The translations under genes were made by a program, and so were the position numbers. Positions 1 through 12,775 of a stretch of 64,000 nucleotides of DNA are shown here, in pieces; positions within the stretch are counted from its first letter, which is position 1, and the number at the start of each line of letters is the position of its first letter. The DNA comes from Macrostomum lignano (lineage: Eukaryota). Location of the stretch: NCBI GenBank assembly GCA_002269645.1, contig NIVC01002854.1:9248-73247 (forward strand). The letters are read 5' to 3'. The notes below the pieces were generated by a model, which was given only the letters and a program-made list of their open reading frames with translations, was not told the DNA's origin and did no database searches.

Positions 1-700
1 TTTGCTGTTTAAAACAAAACAACAATATATACTCGTAGCATATACAGAATATGCAAAATATTTCTAATATTCATACAGTATAAGAAATGGCATAATTTTG
101 AAATATGATTTTTATAAGAAACTGTTTTAGTAATAAACAATGCCTATTTCAGTATTGACTTGAATTTTCAACTGATAAATCACTGTATAGCAATGTAAAA
201 CATGCAAAAAATTAGGTTTGCTACATTTGCTTAAGTAAAGATATTCAGCCACTGACATTTGTTTTTGAAAAAACCTTAGTTCCATAGCAGGCCTGATATA
301 GGTTGACAATAGTCCTAAGTGCTATAGGTCACCATGCCATATTTAAAATATGTGTAAAATAGTGTAAAATAATTTAGCATGGAAATCTATAATATGACCA
401 ATATAGTATCATATTCATATCACCTATATTAATCTACTAAAGCCATACTGGTATATAGTCAATTATAAATATTAATCCTATTATTTTTATGATTTTCTAT
501 CTCATTTAATGAGATAAAAAGTTTATCTATTAAATACTTTTATAATTTAGTTTAAAGAAAGAGATTTAGGTCTAGTAATAGCTATAAATGGTCAACTAGC
601 TGATTATTTAGTTGCAAGCTATCCAGACTGTCAAGATATTCAATGATTCTGCCAGAAGGTTGGATTTTTCTCATAAGTTCCAGTGTATTCAGTACACAAT

Positions 701-1600
701 AGTGGGCAAGCCTTGACTGCTAGACATTCTCAGCTAGTCTCTCAAGCATTCCGTCATCACTTGGATGCTGTTGGCACCTTCAACAACAGGAGACTATGAA
801 CACTCTGATGCAAACTTCTTTAGTATTGCTGATCAAGCCTTGACAGTTGGCAAGCCTCAACTGCTGGACATTCTCAGCTAGTTCTCAAGCATTCCATCAT
901 TACCCGGATGCCATCGGCACTTTCAACGGGTGGTACCAGGTGACTATGGACAAATTCTCTAGTTTTGCTGATCAAGCCTTGACAGTGGGCAAGCCTCAAC
1001 AGCTGGGCATTCTTAGATAGTCTCTCAAGCATTCACTAATCACCCCGACGCCATTGGAACCTTCAAGGAACAAAAACATGACTATGGACACCCAAAATAG
1101 ATTACTTTATTATTCCTTAAGCAATTTAGTTACTTTTAATTGATCTTGAGTCCATACAGATAATTTGATACTTTTTGTTTTTTCTCTTGGCAAAAATTTG
1201 GCTCAATTTATGATTCAATTAGCTAATTACATAATCAAATTTCCATCATTATGGCGGTAATGATAGTCTGTTTGAGAGTCTGGCTGAGAATGACCAGGAG
1301 TTGAAGTTTGCCCATTGTTGATGCTTGATCAGTGACATCAAAGAAATTTGCATCATGGTGTTCCTAGTCACCTGGTGTAATCTGTTGAAGGTGCCAATGG
1401 CATCCAGGTGATGACAGAATACTTGAGAGACTAGCTGAGAATGTTCAGCAATCGAGGCTTGTCCTCTGTCGAGGCTTGATCAGCGAAACTAGAGAAATTC
1501 ATACCAGAGTGTTTATAGGCACCTGGTGCCACCTGTTGAAGGTCCAGAAGCTCCGCCTGGGTGAAGGTCAATGATCAACGAAGTCACAGCTGATGCAGAC
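701..1600. repeat. Unclassified ~140-bp-unit repeat: about 3 direct units (701-1092) and inverted units (1311-1600, continuing 1773-1830)
   Basis: Motifs GGGCAAGCCT...GACATTCTCAGCTAGT...CAAGCATT...GCTGATCAAGCCTTGACAGT recur three times, then as reverse complement; the same family recurs at ~21170-21575. Confidence 0.7.
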
Positions 1601-1772
1601 CATGCTTGGGCGCAACCTTGGGATTCGCCCGGCCGTTTCTATTGGCAACACACGCATGTGGGTCGCTATTGGCTGAGAGCAGTCACGTGACTACTGTTCT
1701 GTCCAATAGCGACTTACATGCGTGTGTTGCCAATAGAGGCGGCCGAGTGAATCCCAAAGTTGCGCATGTATG
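1601..1772. mobile_element. 172-bp fold-back MITE, copy 1
   Basis: Near-complete palindrome centred on GTCACGTGAC with CAT...ATG termini. Flanks give a CAGAC (5-bp) or ATGCAGAC (8-bp) duplication; the empty site AATGCAGACACATG is seen in the related repeat near 21500. Confidence 0.8.
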
Positions 1773-2500
1773 CAGACACATGTGGTCGATGTGCTGATGA
1801 AATTTGGAGGCTTGGCAAGGCTGTACTCAGGTGCACAGGGGTGTACTATATACATTGGCGCTTATAGGAGGGATCTGACCTTCTGGCAGAATTGTCAAAT
1901 ATCTTGACAGTCCAGAAGGTTGGCGACTTGATTCCTGTTTGAAAAGGTGCGCAATAAAAAGTTAGCTCATGTTCTTGAATTTTGTGTGCCTGCATTGCTC
2001 CATTATGGCGCAGCAAAAAATTGTCAGGGGGAATTCCCCCTCTCTGGCTAGTTCAATGGGCAGAAGAATGGCTTGTTATTCCTACTGTTAATTAGCGAAC
2101 TTTGGTTGCTACAGTGTATCAACTTAGGTATTTATGCTAATTAAATTTGTTAAGAAATGTACTTTATAGAAGCCAACTCTATGGAATGTAGAGTATATTT
2201 CTTAACTTTAAATAAGTATATATATAAATATACAAATACAACATCAAGAATTGTTTTTAGTATATTATATACCTATAACATGCTAAAAAATTGCAATAAA
2301 TTTTTGCTTATAATATTATTTTTTTTGTTTTGCCACCTTATACTATATAGTATATGTAATTGTTGTGGCTATCAACAAAATTTTATAAATGTTTTTCTGG
2401 GGTCAACTAGAAATTGTTAATTCCCTAGTACTAACTTATAGAATCTTATTACTATGTTGTCCAGTTATTTTGAGAGCACCATATCTTGTCCTCTACACAG

Positions 2501-3289
2501 ATGAAGAGTGTCGGCCCGCGCCTGGTACCGTTCTTGAAAACGGCAGCTGCATTCTTCATCCTATACCCCGAGAAAGTACCTGGAGGCCTTGTCTACCTGG
2601 CATTTAAGCTCGCTCCCGTCTGCTGCCTGATCGGATTTGTGCCCAGCCTGGGCGTTGCTAAGGGAAACATCTTTGCCTACAACCGTCGCATCACCCTTGG
2701 CCTGTTGCTATCCGCCCTTGGAGATGCTGCGCTGGTCTTCGAGGACGGCTTCCTGGCTGGTGTAGCCAGCTTCGCTGCGGCCCAGCTGTGCTATACACTG
2801 GCATTCGGCATGCAGCCCCCGAGCCGTCGCCTCGGCTGCTTAATGGCTGCTGCCGGCTCCCTGATCTATGCCTGCATAATCCCATCCGTAAGAGCTGGTC
2901 TGGCCAGTATTTTTGTCCCAGCGAACTGTTGTCTTAGCTGCGGTGTGCAATAATGTTGGTCCATGCCAAAATTTTACCTGTTGCAGGTACACGGACTGTC
3001 TTTGCGTTGCATCGGGTTGCTGTACACCTGTCTCATCTTCACCATGCTGTGGCGCGCCTCGGCCCGTTTGAACAGCGGCGCCTGGACCTCCGTCAGCGCC
3101 CTGCTTGGTGCCGTACTCTTCGTTGCCAGTGACCTCTCTCTGGTCATCGACAAGTTCCTGGTGCCGCTGCCTGCTGCTCACGCCTTTGTCATGGCAACCT
3201 ACTACCTAGCCCAGCTGGGCATAGCGTTATCTTGCGTGGACTCGCACATCAGACACACCGGGGAGCTCAGCTTGGCTCACCAGCAGTAA
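2501..3289 (+). CDS. TMEM86: Lysoplasmalogenase-like protein (YhhN/TMEM86 family); exons 2501-2887 and 2987-3289; an upstream exon is possible
   Basis: Motifs FKLAPVCCL, GLLLSALGDAAL, GVASFAAAQLCY, GAVLFVASD, VMATYYLAQ; phase-0 GTAAGA...TTGCAG intron 2888-2986 joins the two ORFs in frame. Confidence 0.9.
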
Positions 3290-6200
3290 ACGGATGTACT
3301 GAATGGCGTATTCTGTTTATTATATCTATCTAATCTAGCAATGGCTTTTCTTTGCAATAAGCGGGGGTAGTGAAATGTCCATTTTGCTTTGCAGCTGGCT
3401 ACAGCCTTTCTAGTCTATTAGCGTTTGCAGCGGCTTAACCAGGTGGTGGACCACCTCCCACCTCCCCCTTCGGCGGAAATGAAAAAATTGCAAGCGAGTT
3501 TTGCCAAAATACAAGCCCGCTTCCCTCTGCCTTGGAATCCACCCCCTCCCTCACCGAATTTCAGGTTGCTCCACTGACTGAACGTCTATCTGCTTTCTTT
3601 TGCTGATTCGAACTTCAACTTGCCCCCATTTAGAGACAATGTGAGGCAGTAAATTTAGCCGCTTTTGGCTGCTGCACCATAGTATTCCTCACTAGTCAGT
3701 GAGACACAGCAGAGATCTATTGTCATGTATATAAATGTTAAATAGCTATCAAAAAGCACAATATCTTTGCTCTCAGTCTAACAAGTGGGTTAAAGCATTT
3801 GCTCACAAAGCTCTAATTGAGTACATTCGTGACTTGTGCACGCGGCCCATGATTTCTACAAGGCGTGTGTAAATTGCATCTCAATAATTATTATTCACTT
3901 CTGTGACCTGCTTATGGCTCGTTATGGTTTGTAATTTATAGTCACGTCTTCTCTGTTGTCATAGTATTGAGCATTTATTCCTGTCAGTTTACATTAAATA
4001 TATTTCATTTCCGATTAGTTAGCGTTCGATTCATTCGCTTCCATCTCTAAAAAGCTTCTACCAACAGTTTTACTGAGCAGTCGCTAACCTGTTTTTTATT
4101 AATTAACCAACCTAAAATTGGGTTCAGTTTACATGGCCCAGTTGCTAAGTAGTTCTATCAGCAATTCTCGTGAAAGTTTTCACGAATCAATTAATTGCTT
4201 ACTAATATTTTAACTTTAGTTCTGCTTTTCCCCTGACCATCCACAGTCATTATTGTTTTTCAATTTTTTGCGCTTTTTCTTTAAAAGTAGCATTATAGTA
4301 TTATTTTTATGCTATTACTCGCACGAGCTATTATGTTATAATTTGTATTATAACTTGCGTTTACGCTCGTACTCGCTCACTAAATTCACTATTTTCGAAA
4401 ATCACAACATTCACACAGTTCCTTATGGACTTCGGTTTCAGCGCTAAGGTGGTGTACATGTAGTTTTTGCTTTATGTGCAATACAAATCTTTGTATTGTC
4501 TTGCCTCATTTCATTAATGTTGGGGCTGGCGGCGGTGAAAGGACGACATTTTGCCCCATTGCCGTCGTCCGCTGCCGCAGCTTTTTTGTTTGAATTATTG
4601 GCGTGACTCCTGAGAAATTTTCCACTAAAAGTGCTGATATTCGGATTTCGACTTTATTTCAACTTTAAGGAGCTTTGTAAAGTTTATGACTGCGTTTTCT
4701 TTTCCTCAAACAAACAAATAAAATGGTCTTGGCAATGCTATGTTCCCTGCGAATCGCAAAATTCTCATTGCGATCGCACTAATCAGAATTGATTCAGAAT
4801 AAGATTAACCCACATTTGATTTTTTACATTTCAAGTTTGTTTTGCGAAACCAGCAGGCTGTCGATTGATGCTACATGTGGATCAAAAGATCGAATTCAAA
4901 CATCTTTTGTCAACTTATAAATTCAAACTAATGCTTTACCCCATCGCCTGCAACGACTTATGGGGCTTATAAAAATCATGCTTTTTATGTGAAACCAAAC
5001 AACAGCAGTGAGGCTCAGGTGTGTACCCGTTAAGTGAGAATTGAGACCTAACGGGTGATTCGCAAAGTTTCAGCTTAGTTTTTAAGTAGTGGGCTACCAG
5101 GCCGGTGCGCGTGTATAGTACTACTACCATTTTTGTTTGTCCATCGCCGGAAGCATGGGCGCCATCACCTATAGAATATGGACACTATCGCCGTTAGAGT
5201 GGGCACCATCACCAGCAGAATAGGCCATTGCCAAACAAACTGTACCCATCGACGTTTGAAAAGTAAAAAAAATGGTCAGTCAACTAAAATCTTCGCTAAC
5301 TCTCAGGATTTAAATTTATTAATATAGGATCAAACTACTTTTTTGAATAAAATTGAAAACTAGAATCGGCTTAGGAAGAAAATGCATTGTGTTATACATC
5401 GTGTCGTGTTAAGCGTAGTTTGCAAAATCCTAACGTTTTTGCGTTGCTTCAAAATTGTATTTTCAAAGAAAGCAAGTAACTATCACGAGTCATGAGTTTG
5501 GATAAATTTTATTGTAGATGATGTTCTATTTGTAGGCTATTGCATCAGTTTTTAAGTATTTCCCTTATTTTACCAGTTGAAATCTCATTGGAAAATTCAG
5601 ATTTATTTACGGATAAATTATATTTCGAAATCATCCCCCATTGGCATTAAATTTCAGGCTTCTTGAAATTTACATGAATCAATGTGATATCATTTATATT
5701 AATTAGGCCCATCGGCATCAGTATGTGCTTTTTATGCTCTCAACAAATTAATTAATGACAATGCAATGATTGGACAAATGCAATAGTGAAACAAAATTGA
5801 TATACCTACCTAACAGAATGCCAGCACTGTTAAATAGACATTTTGCTTTTTAATGTTGTTGACAACTAGGCCTAATAAACTAATAATGACTTAAACAAAC
5901 ACTAAATGCTAGAAAGTTTGCTAAATGCACATTTTTATATAGTAGGCCTAGGCCTACTTTTTCTTAGAAAAGTAATCAATTTGGCAATTGTCTATGTTGT
6001 AGGCCCTATTGCAATACTATTGTATTGCATTGTATTGCAATATAAATAAAAGTGAAAAAAAATTGTTGGCCTAAAAATGAGTAACAGAAGTGAGAAAATG
6101 ACTGTAGGCCTAACTTAAAATTTACCAATAATGCTAGTGCTAACATAAGCTAGGCCTAGGCCCTAATTTTAAAAAAGTGATAGGCCTTTAAATTATAAAA

Positions 6201-7061
6201 AGTTGAATTATAGTAATCTCATAATATAATGTGTAATGTGTGTTACTTTTTTAAGTGACTTGTTTAACCTATTGACTATAATGCATAATACAGGCTATTA
6301 AGACTTAACAAGGCATGAGAGGTTTTTTACTTTTACCCCTTTGTTAGTTTTACTTTACCATTTTTTATTTTAAGATAAAAAAGCTTGCTATCTATTCATT
6401 AATTTTATATCTAGTTGTTACTTCTAATTTTTTTATTTATAAGCTTATTTCTTTATTTATTTATTTAGAAGCTTTTTTAGAAGCTTTTATTTATTAAAGC
6501 TTATTTCCTTTTTGTTATGTAAAAGGCATGAATGTTTTCGCTGTTGTGTGGTTGTTATAGGGTTAGAGGTATTCATCTGCAAATAATCACGATATACATT
6601 GATTGATGTACATTGCAAATATATAAATCGTTGCGCGTGGCTTTAGCCACTTTGTGTGTTTTTGGTCTCGCTTAACTCTCGCCTTCTCTCAGTTTACAGT
6701 TATTTTATCCTATAATTGTTACTTAGTTTTTAATTTTAATATTTTTTCAAATATTAAGTATAATATTTCTATGCAATACGCCTATAACTTTTTTATATTC
6801 ACCAGGATATTATAATACATTGCTATAAAATTGCTATAAAGACACTAAAAACATTAATTACTTTTGTGATTGATTTGCCAAAATCTTTTCAAAAATATCA
6901 TAGAGCCCTTGAAAAATATTCATAACTCGTATGCTAAATGGTCTATCAGTATCTATCTAGGTATGCGATTGATTTTAGAAAAAATGGCTAAACAAATTTT
7001 CTTTGAACTTGTACTGTTTGATCAAAAATTTTTCCATGATGGTACATGCAACATACCTAAG

Positions 7062-10000
7062 TGTTACATCCAACTTCCGTTACCAACTCGAAGTCCAGGT
7101 GAATTATGGTTAGAAATCTCAAGCTTGGTAGCAGGTTCTTGCCATGCCAATGTTAACATTCATTTCTTTTATATTTGCTATCCTTATATTAGCTTTAGAA
7201 CGCAGGGTTAACAGGGGCAGTGTCTATGGCCAATGTGTGTGAAATGAAATATACTTTATATGCGCATATACCACATGTCTCCCCTTAGAAAAATTTGTTC
7301 ATCATTGTGCAAAGAGTAAGTTTTCCGTCACATCAAGTTGCAGCTTGGGGTCTCAGTCTGGTCTGAGTTAGAGGCACATCCTCATGCTTGTAGCAATGCC
7401 TCCTGGCCTGGGCAGTCTCCGCACATCTAGTCTTGGTTGTTGCTCCTCCACCTGAGTTAACTGCCTGCGACTCGTTATTGCCTTTCCCGATTAGCTGCTC
7501 CAGTAATTCATGGGACAAAGCGGCCTTGCTCTCCATTTGAAGTCCTGTTGAAGTAATGTGGTCCACGTGCCATTTCCAGACCATGCGGCCTACTTTCACC
7601 AGATATGAGAGTTGTGCACAGCGTTTAAGAATTTCTCCAATGGCCCATTTGTCTTCTCCTTGCTTCCTGAAGTTGAGCACAAGCACAGATTCTCCAGGTT
7701 CAAACTCACAGGCTACTTTTGAAGCTCCCTTGTCGTGTTGCTGCTTCTGCTGCTCCTGCTTCTCAGCAACCCTTTGCTCAGTGTCCTGGTGAAGATGACT
7801 AAGTTTAGTTCTTGGTGTGTACTTTAGCATCATCTCGCTAGGTGTCTTGCTGGTTGTAGAGTGTGGCGTGACTTGGTAGCGTGCTAGAAAAGCATTTAGG
7901 CATCCTAGTGCATCATGAGAGTCCTTCATACCCACTCTTAACGCTCTTTTGGCGGTCTGAACCATTCGTTCGGCTAGTCTATTCGATCTTGGATGCCCCA
8001 CCGACGTCAGAATTTGTGTGATGCGGCAGTTTCGAAGGTATTTTTTAAATTCCTCAGCAGTGAACTGCGACCCATTGTCAGAGAGGATTTGCCTCGGATA
8101 ACCATATCTCGCAAAAGTTTCCTGCAGCTTGCTGATCATGCCATGGGCAGTTGCCGACCTCATCGGGTAAATTTCAACCCACTTGGTTGTGGTATCAACA
8201 ACGACAAGCCACATGAACCCGTAGCATGGACCAAAAAAGTCCAAGTGAAGTTGAGTCCATGCCTTTTCTGGCCAGAGCAACGGCTGCAGTGGCGCCTGTG
8301 GCGGCAGGTTCCTCTGCGCTTGGCAGCCCTTGCATTTGGTTAGAGCCATCTCGATGTCTTTATCAATCCCTGGGTACCATACATGCAGCCATGCCAGGGA
8401 CTTCATGCCCACAATGCCGGGGTGCCCTTCATGTAGCAGTTGTAGTAGCTGCTGCTTCAGTGAAGCAGGGATCAACATCCTGATGCCCCAAAAGATGACT
8501 CCATCTTCAACACTCAGCTCGTTTCGCCTCGAGTGGTAGGGCTGAAGCTCTTGTTTGCTATGTTCTGGCCACCCAAAACGACAGTATCGCAGAACACAGG
8601 ACAGATTTCTATCCATCACTGTTGCTCTCTTTAACTCTCCATGGTCGATTGGTTGAGCCTCTATGCGATTCTGGAACACACCATCCTCCGTGGACTTAGT
8701 ATTCTCCAGCGGCAGTCTTGACAACACGTCCGCATTTCCATGTTCATCTGTCCGCCTGTATTAAATCTCGAACTGATAGGCTGACAGAATCACAGCCCAG
8801 TGCTACAACCGACTAGCAGCTATGCTTGGAATGTTGTTCTTCGGACCGAATGTCGTCACAAGCGGTTTATGGTCAGTGACCAGAATAAACCGTCTGCCGT
8901 ACAAATACTGGTGGAACTTTTTCACCGCAAAGACTATTGCTAAACCTTCCTTTTCTATTTGCGAATAGTTCTTCTCAGCCTTGGACAGGCCTCTGGACGA
9001 TTGGCTTCTCATCCGAATTGCTGATAATGTGTGAAAGCACCGCGCCGACACCATAGCATGACGCGTCGGTATGAACAACCAGCGGCTTGTCCAGGTCGTA
9101 GTGGACTAGTACTTGAGTAGATGTTAGAGCTGACTTGCACACAACAAATGCTCGTTCACACTCGTTACTCCAAATAAACTCAGCGTCCTTCTGGAGCAAT
9201 GCATTTAGAGGTGCTAGGATGTCGGACAGGCCTCTGATGAACTTCCTGTAGTAGTTTATTAGCCCAACTAGCGAGCGGACTTCTGGAATATTGGTTGGCC
9301 TTGGAGCCTCCGCGATGGCTTTCATAATTCTCGGTGACTGATGCACGGCGTTCTCGTTGATCACGTGACCGAGGAACTCAATCTCGCGCATCATGAATTC
9401 ACATTTGCTCTTGTTCAGTTTAATTCCGTGGTTCTTCAACAGAACCAAAACGTTTCTCAGCTTCTTGTTATGCTCGCTTTGTGATGCGGCGCTAACGACG
9501 ATGTCGTCAACGAAACAAATTGCATCCGCATCGCTCAGAATCTTGTCCATAGCCTCCTGAAACTGAGCTGAAGAGCTTGCCAGGCCCATAACTAATCTGT
9601 TGTATTCGTACAGGCCCATATGGGTGTTGATAGTGGTGTACTTGCGGCACTCCTCCTGTAGCTCCAGCTGAAGAAAGGCCTGAGATATGTCCAGTTTCGT
9701 AAAGAATTTGCCTCCGCTGAGTCGAGTAAACAGTTCATCCGGCTTGCCTATTGGATAAATGTCCACCTCGAGGGCGGGGTTTATGATTCGCTTATAGTCG
9801 TCTGCACAGATTCGTATCAATTTTCCATCCTTCTTCAGCACAGGGACGATTAGACTTGCATAGTCAGACATCTTCACCTTCCGGATCATGTCCTGATTCT
9901 CTAGGCTTTAGAGTTCCTGCTCGATGGCGGGCTTAAGAGCAAATGGTACCGGTCGTGCTTTACAGAACTTTGGAGTTGTGTTCTCCTTGAGATGCAGTCT

Positions 10001-11624
10001 GGCTGTATAATGTTTTATCTTCCCAAGACCATCTGAGAATAATTCCGAATTTTCTTCTAGAATCGTCTTGAGCTCGTGATCAGCATCGAGGGAAAGAATT
10101 CCCACTGCTGACGCTTCTCCTGCGTATTTCCGGGCCAGGGGATCAAGCTGCATTATCCAATCGCGACCTAGCAGGTTCTGCTTTGTGCCGTCAGTGACGA
10201 CAACCTGCAGCTCCGTCGCAATGTCGCCAATTACAACCTGAACCACAGCCTCTCCAAGTAGGGGAATCTGTTCGTTAGAATAAGATGTGAGGACCAAGGT
10301 CGTGCCGCGCATTTTAACTCGGATTAGTTCCGCTGTCGATTTGTTTACAATTGTGCGCTCGGTGGCGGTGTCCACTTCGAATTTAATCGGAGACCCGTTG
10401 ACTTGCAGTGTCTCTGTGAAAGGCTTGAACCGAGCCTTCTGTGCGCTCATTCGTTTAGCCTCGTAATTTGAATTGACAGCAATGTTCTTGACGTCAGAGA
10501 AATCGTACGACTCCTCACTACTGCTGGGGCTTCCATTTGCACTCAGATGCTTTATTTTCCTACCTTTGTAGCTCTGCTTGGGTTCGAACTTCTTCTTGCT
10601 GTGTGGCGGTTGGTTTCCGCTGAGCTGCTTCTGCTTTGTCCTGCACGCCTTCTCAACATGACCTGGTTTATTGCATCGACTGCAGACATGCAATCTTTTG
10701 GGACAGCTTCTCGCCCAGTGCCCAGAAGAGAGGCACCTGTAGCACCGGTCGTCTGAACTGGCCAGATTCGTCAGTCCCGATCCCTTAGCAGATGATCTTC
10801 CATATACCGCATTGGCCTGAGCCAGGCCGACAATGTCTCTTCCAGTGTGGATCTGCATTGCACCCTTCTCTGCGATTTCGATTGCTGTCGAGATTTTAAC
10901 TGCGTCGTCCAGTGAAACATCGTCCTCCTGCAGCAGCCTTTGCTGTGTCAGCTTGCTTCGTAGTCCACAAACCAGTCTGTCTCTGATCGCCTCCGATAAA
11001 AAGCCTCCAAACGAACAGGTCGCCGCCAACTTCTGTAGCTGCGCGACGTACTCTGCAATGGATTCGCCTTCCTGCTGGCTTCGGTGATGAAAGTTGTATC
11101 TCGACGATTCTTTTCGGCGTTGGGGTGAAATGCATTCGTAACTTTTCAACTAAATCATCGTAGGATTTGTCCTTCGGGGAGTCTGGAGACAGTAAGTCTC
11201 TGAGCAACGTATAGCAGTCTTCACCAATTACTGTGATGAGCTTGGCTCGCTTAATCTCCTCTTTGGTGATGGATTTAGCAATGAAGTATTGTTCCAGACG
11301 CTCCTCATATACAGTCCACCTTTCAGGTCATGCCGGATCAAATGTGCTGATTTTCGAAGCAGTATTTGGCGCGGTCATTTTGTCTTCTTCTGAAGAATCC
11401 TCGTCGCCAGTGTTACATCCAACTTCCGTTACCAACTCGAAGTCCAGGTGAATTATGGTTAGAAATCTCAAGCTTGGTAGCGGGCTCTTGCCATGCCGAT
11501 GTTAACATTCATTTCCTTTATATTTGCTCTCCTTATATTAGCTTTAGAACGCAGGGTTAACAGGGGCAGTGTCTATGGCCAATGTGTGTGAAATGAAATA
11601 TACTTTATATGCGCATATACCACA
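7062..11624 (-). mobile_element. Full-length Ty3/Gypsy LTR retrotransposon (Mag-like), degenerate
   Basis: 214-bp TG...CA LTRs at 7062-7275 and 11411-11624 (5 mismatches counted); 5-bp TSD CTAAG; PBS TGGCGACGAGGAT (11397-11409) complementary to the tRNA-Ser(GCU) 3' end; PPT next to 7276. Confidence 0.95.
7333..11378 (-). pseudogene. Gypsy gag-pol (2 CCHC knuckles, protease, RT, RNase H, integrase) with stops and frameshifts
   Basis: CYRCLSSGHWARSC and CSRCNKPGHVEKAC; protease FEVDTA; RT LDISQAF...FVDDIVV; RNase [13 protein letters not shown]...EKEGLA...TDHKPL; integrase HEGHPG/LHLDF/SDNGSQF/LAERMV; TGA at gag codon 17 and several frame breaks. Confidence 0.93.
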
Positions 11625-11921
11625 CTAAGAAATTGCTCAATGCTAAAGGGATTAAATATTTGAAAACATGCTTTTTTGCAAGCAGAACTTTTAACTTGAA
11701 ATGCATTGTAAGAATGCTAGAGAAAAAACTGACTGATTGAATTCTGATTCTGAAATAGATTGCATCACATCTATGTACTGGCTGAATTTTGACACTGAAT
11801 TGAATTGTGTCACAGCATACATGCACAACCCCCTGATTTACACTGGCCATGCGACTTACTTTTTGACCAAAAATGTGACTTACCTGTAAAAGAAACCCTA
11901 GAGCAACATTAATGCAATTTT

Positions 11922-12004
11922 GGGTAAACGGCAGGAGTAACTATGAGGGCTTACTACTGACTTATTTATCTTATAAGGGCTAAATGCCTCGTCATCTAAT
12001 TAGT
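11922..12004 (+). pseudogene. Degenerate 28S rRNA fragment (region of the R2/I-PpoI target site)
   Basis: GGGTAAACGGCAGGAGTAACTATGA...AAGG-GCTAAATGCCTCGTCATCTAATTAGT matches the conserved LSU segment GGGTAAACGGCGGGAGTAACTATGACTCTCTTAAGGTAGCCAAATGCCTCGTCATCTAATTAGT with a central substitution/insertion. Confidence 0.7.
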
Positions 12005-12775
12005 ACTATGTCTATTCTTTGGGGTGGGAATTTTTGTGACTTACCCCTGGTCCACCACAATTTACGGTGGCCAGGTCGGCCAGCAGTTGCGCATGCATGT
12101 GTCACAGTATTGAAAATGCAGTGTGGAAGCATAGCAGAATACTTGATTTATATTGCGTAACCATATTATTAACTTTAATAGAGACTGGTACTGACTTGCC
12201 TAAGAAATTGGTATGAGTGTTGAATTATAAGTGCTACAAATTCATTTATAATTTCAATGAGAGCTAGCCTAGATGTGAACACACTGGACTGCTAATGCAA
12301 CAACCTAGGTTTGAATCTATTTTTTATTAGAGGCAAGGGGGTTGTGTGCGCCCTGGCACAATTTAAGTGACATAGGCACACAACTGGCGAGAGGCATTAC
12401 TGCCCATTCCACCGACTCCCTTGAGCTGGCATACAAGCGCTCGGATACGTATGCAAGCACACACTCACACAGGAGTGTACAGCGGCCCTAACTTTATATT
12501 ATCGTTAGGCATGTACACTTCACTGCACCTTGGGGGGGTTGGCTCTCAAGGCCATTAATTGCATAAGCAGAGCCAAGTTGAGATTCCAATTCAGCCCCAA
12601 ATTAATGTGACTACACTTGGGATCAAGCCTGGGTTGCTGGCACACTAAAGCAGCTGCGCTACGGCTGGGCTACGGCCCCCCTTGGGTTCAAATCTTAGTA
12701 GTATATAAAAAAGTAGTGTAAATTTTTCATTGAAAGCTTTTATTAAGGGTCTAATTAAAAAGACCTAGATTATGG

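Noticed and set aside
3428-3576. Small hAT-like MITE (CAGCGG...CCACTG)
   Set aside because: TIR is imperfect and no TSD is present.
5860-6190. Cluster of TAGGCCTA words as regulatory sites
   Set aside because: Also scattered elsewhere (e.g. ~41050); looks like low-complexity genome bias with irregular spacing.
12264-12320. tRNA-Ser-like gene (GGACTGCTAAT...GGTTTGAATC)
   Set aside because: No complete cloverleaf or acceptor stem; at most a decayed tRNA or SINE head.
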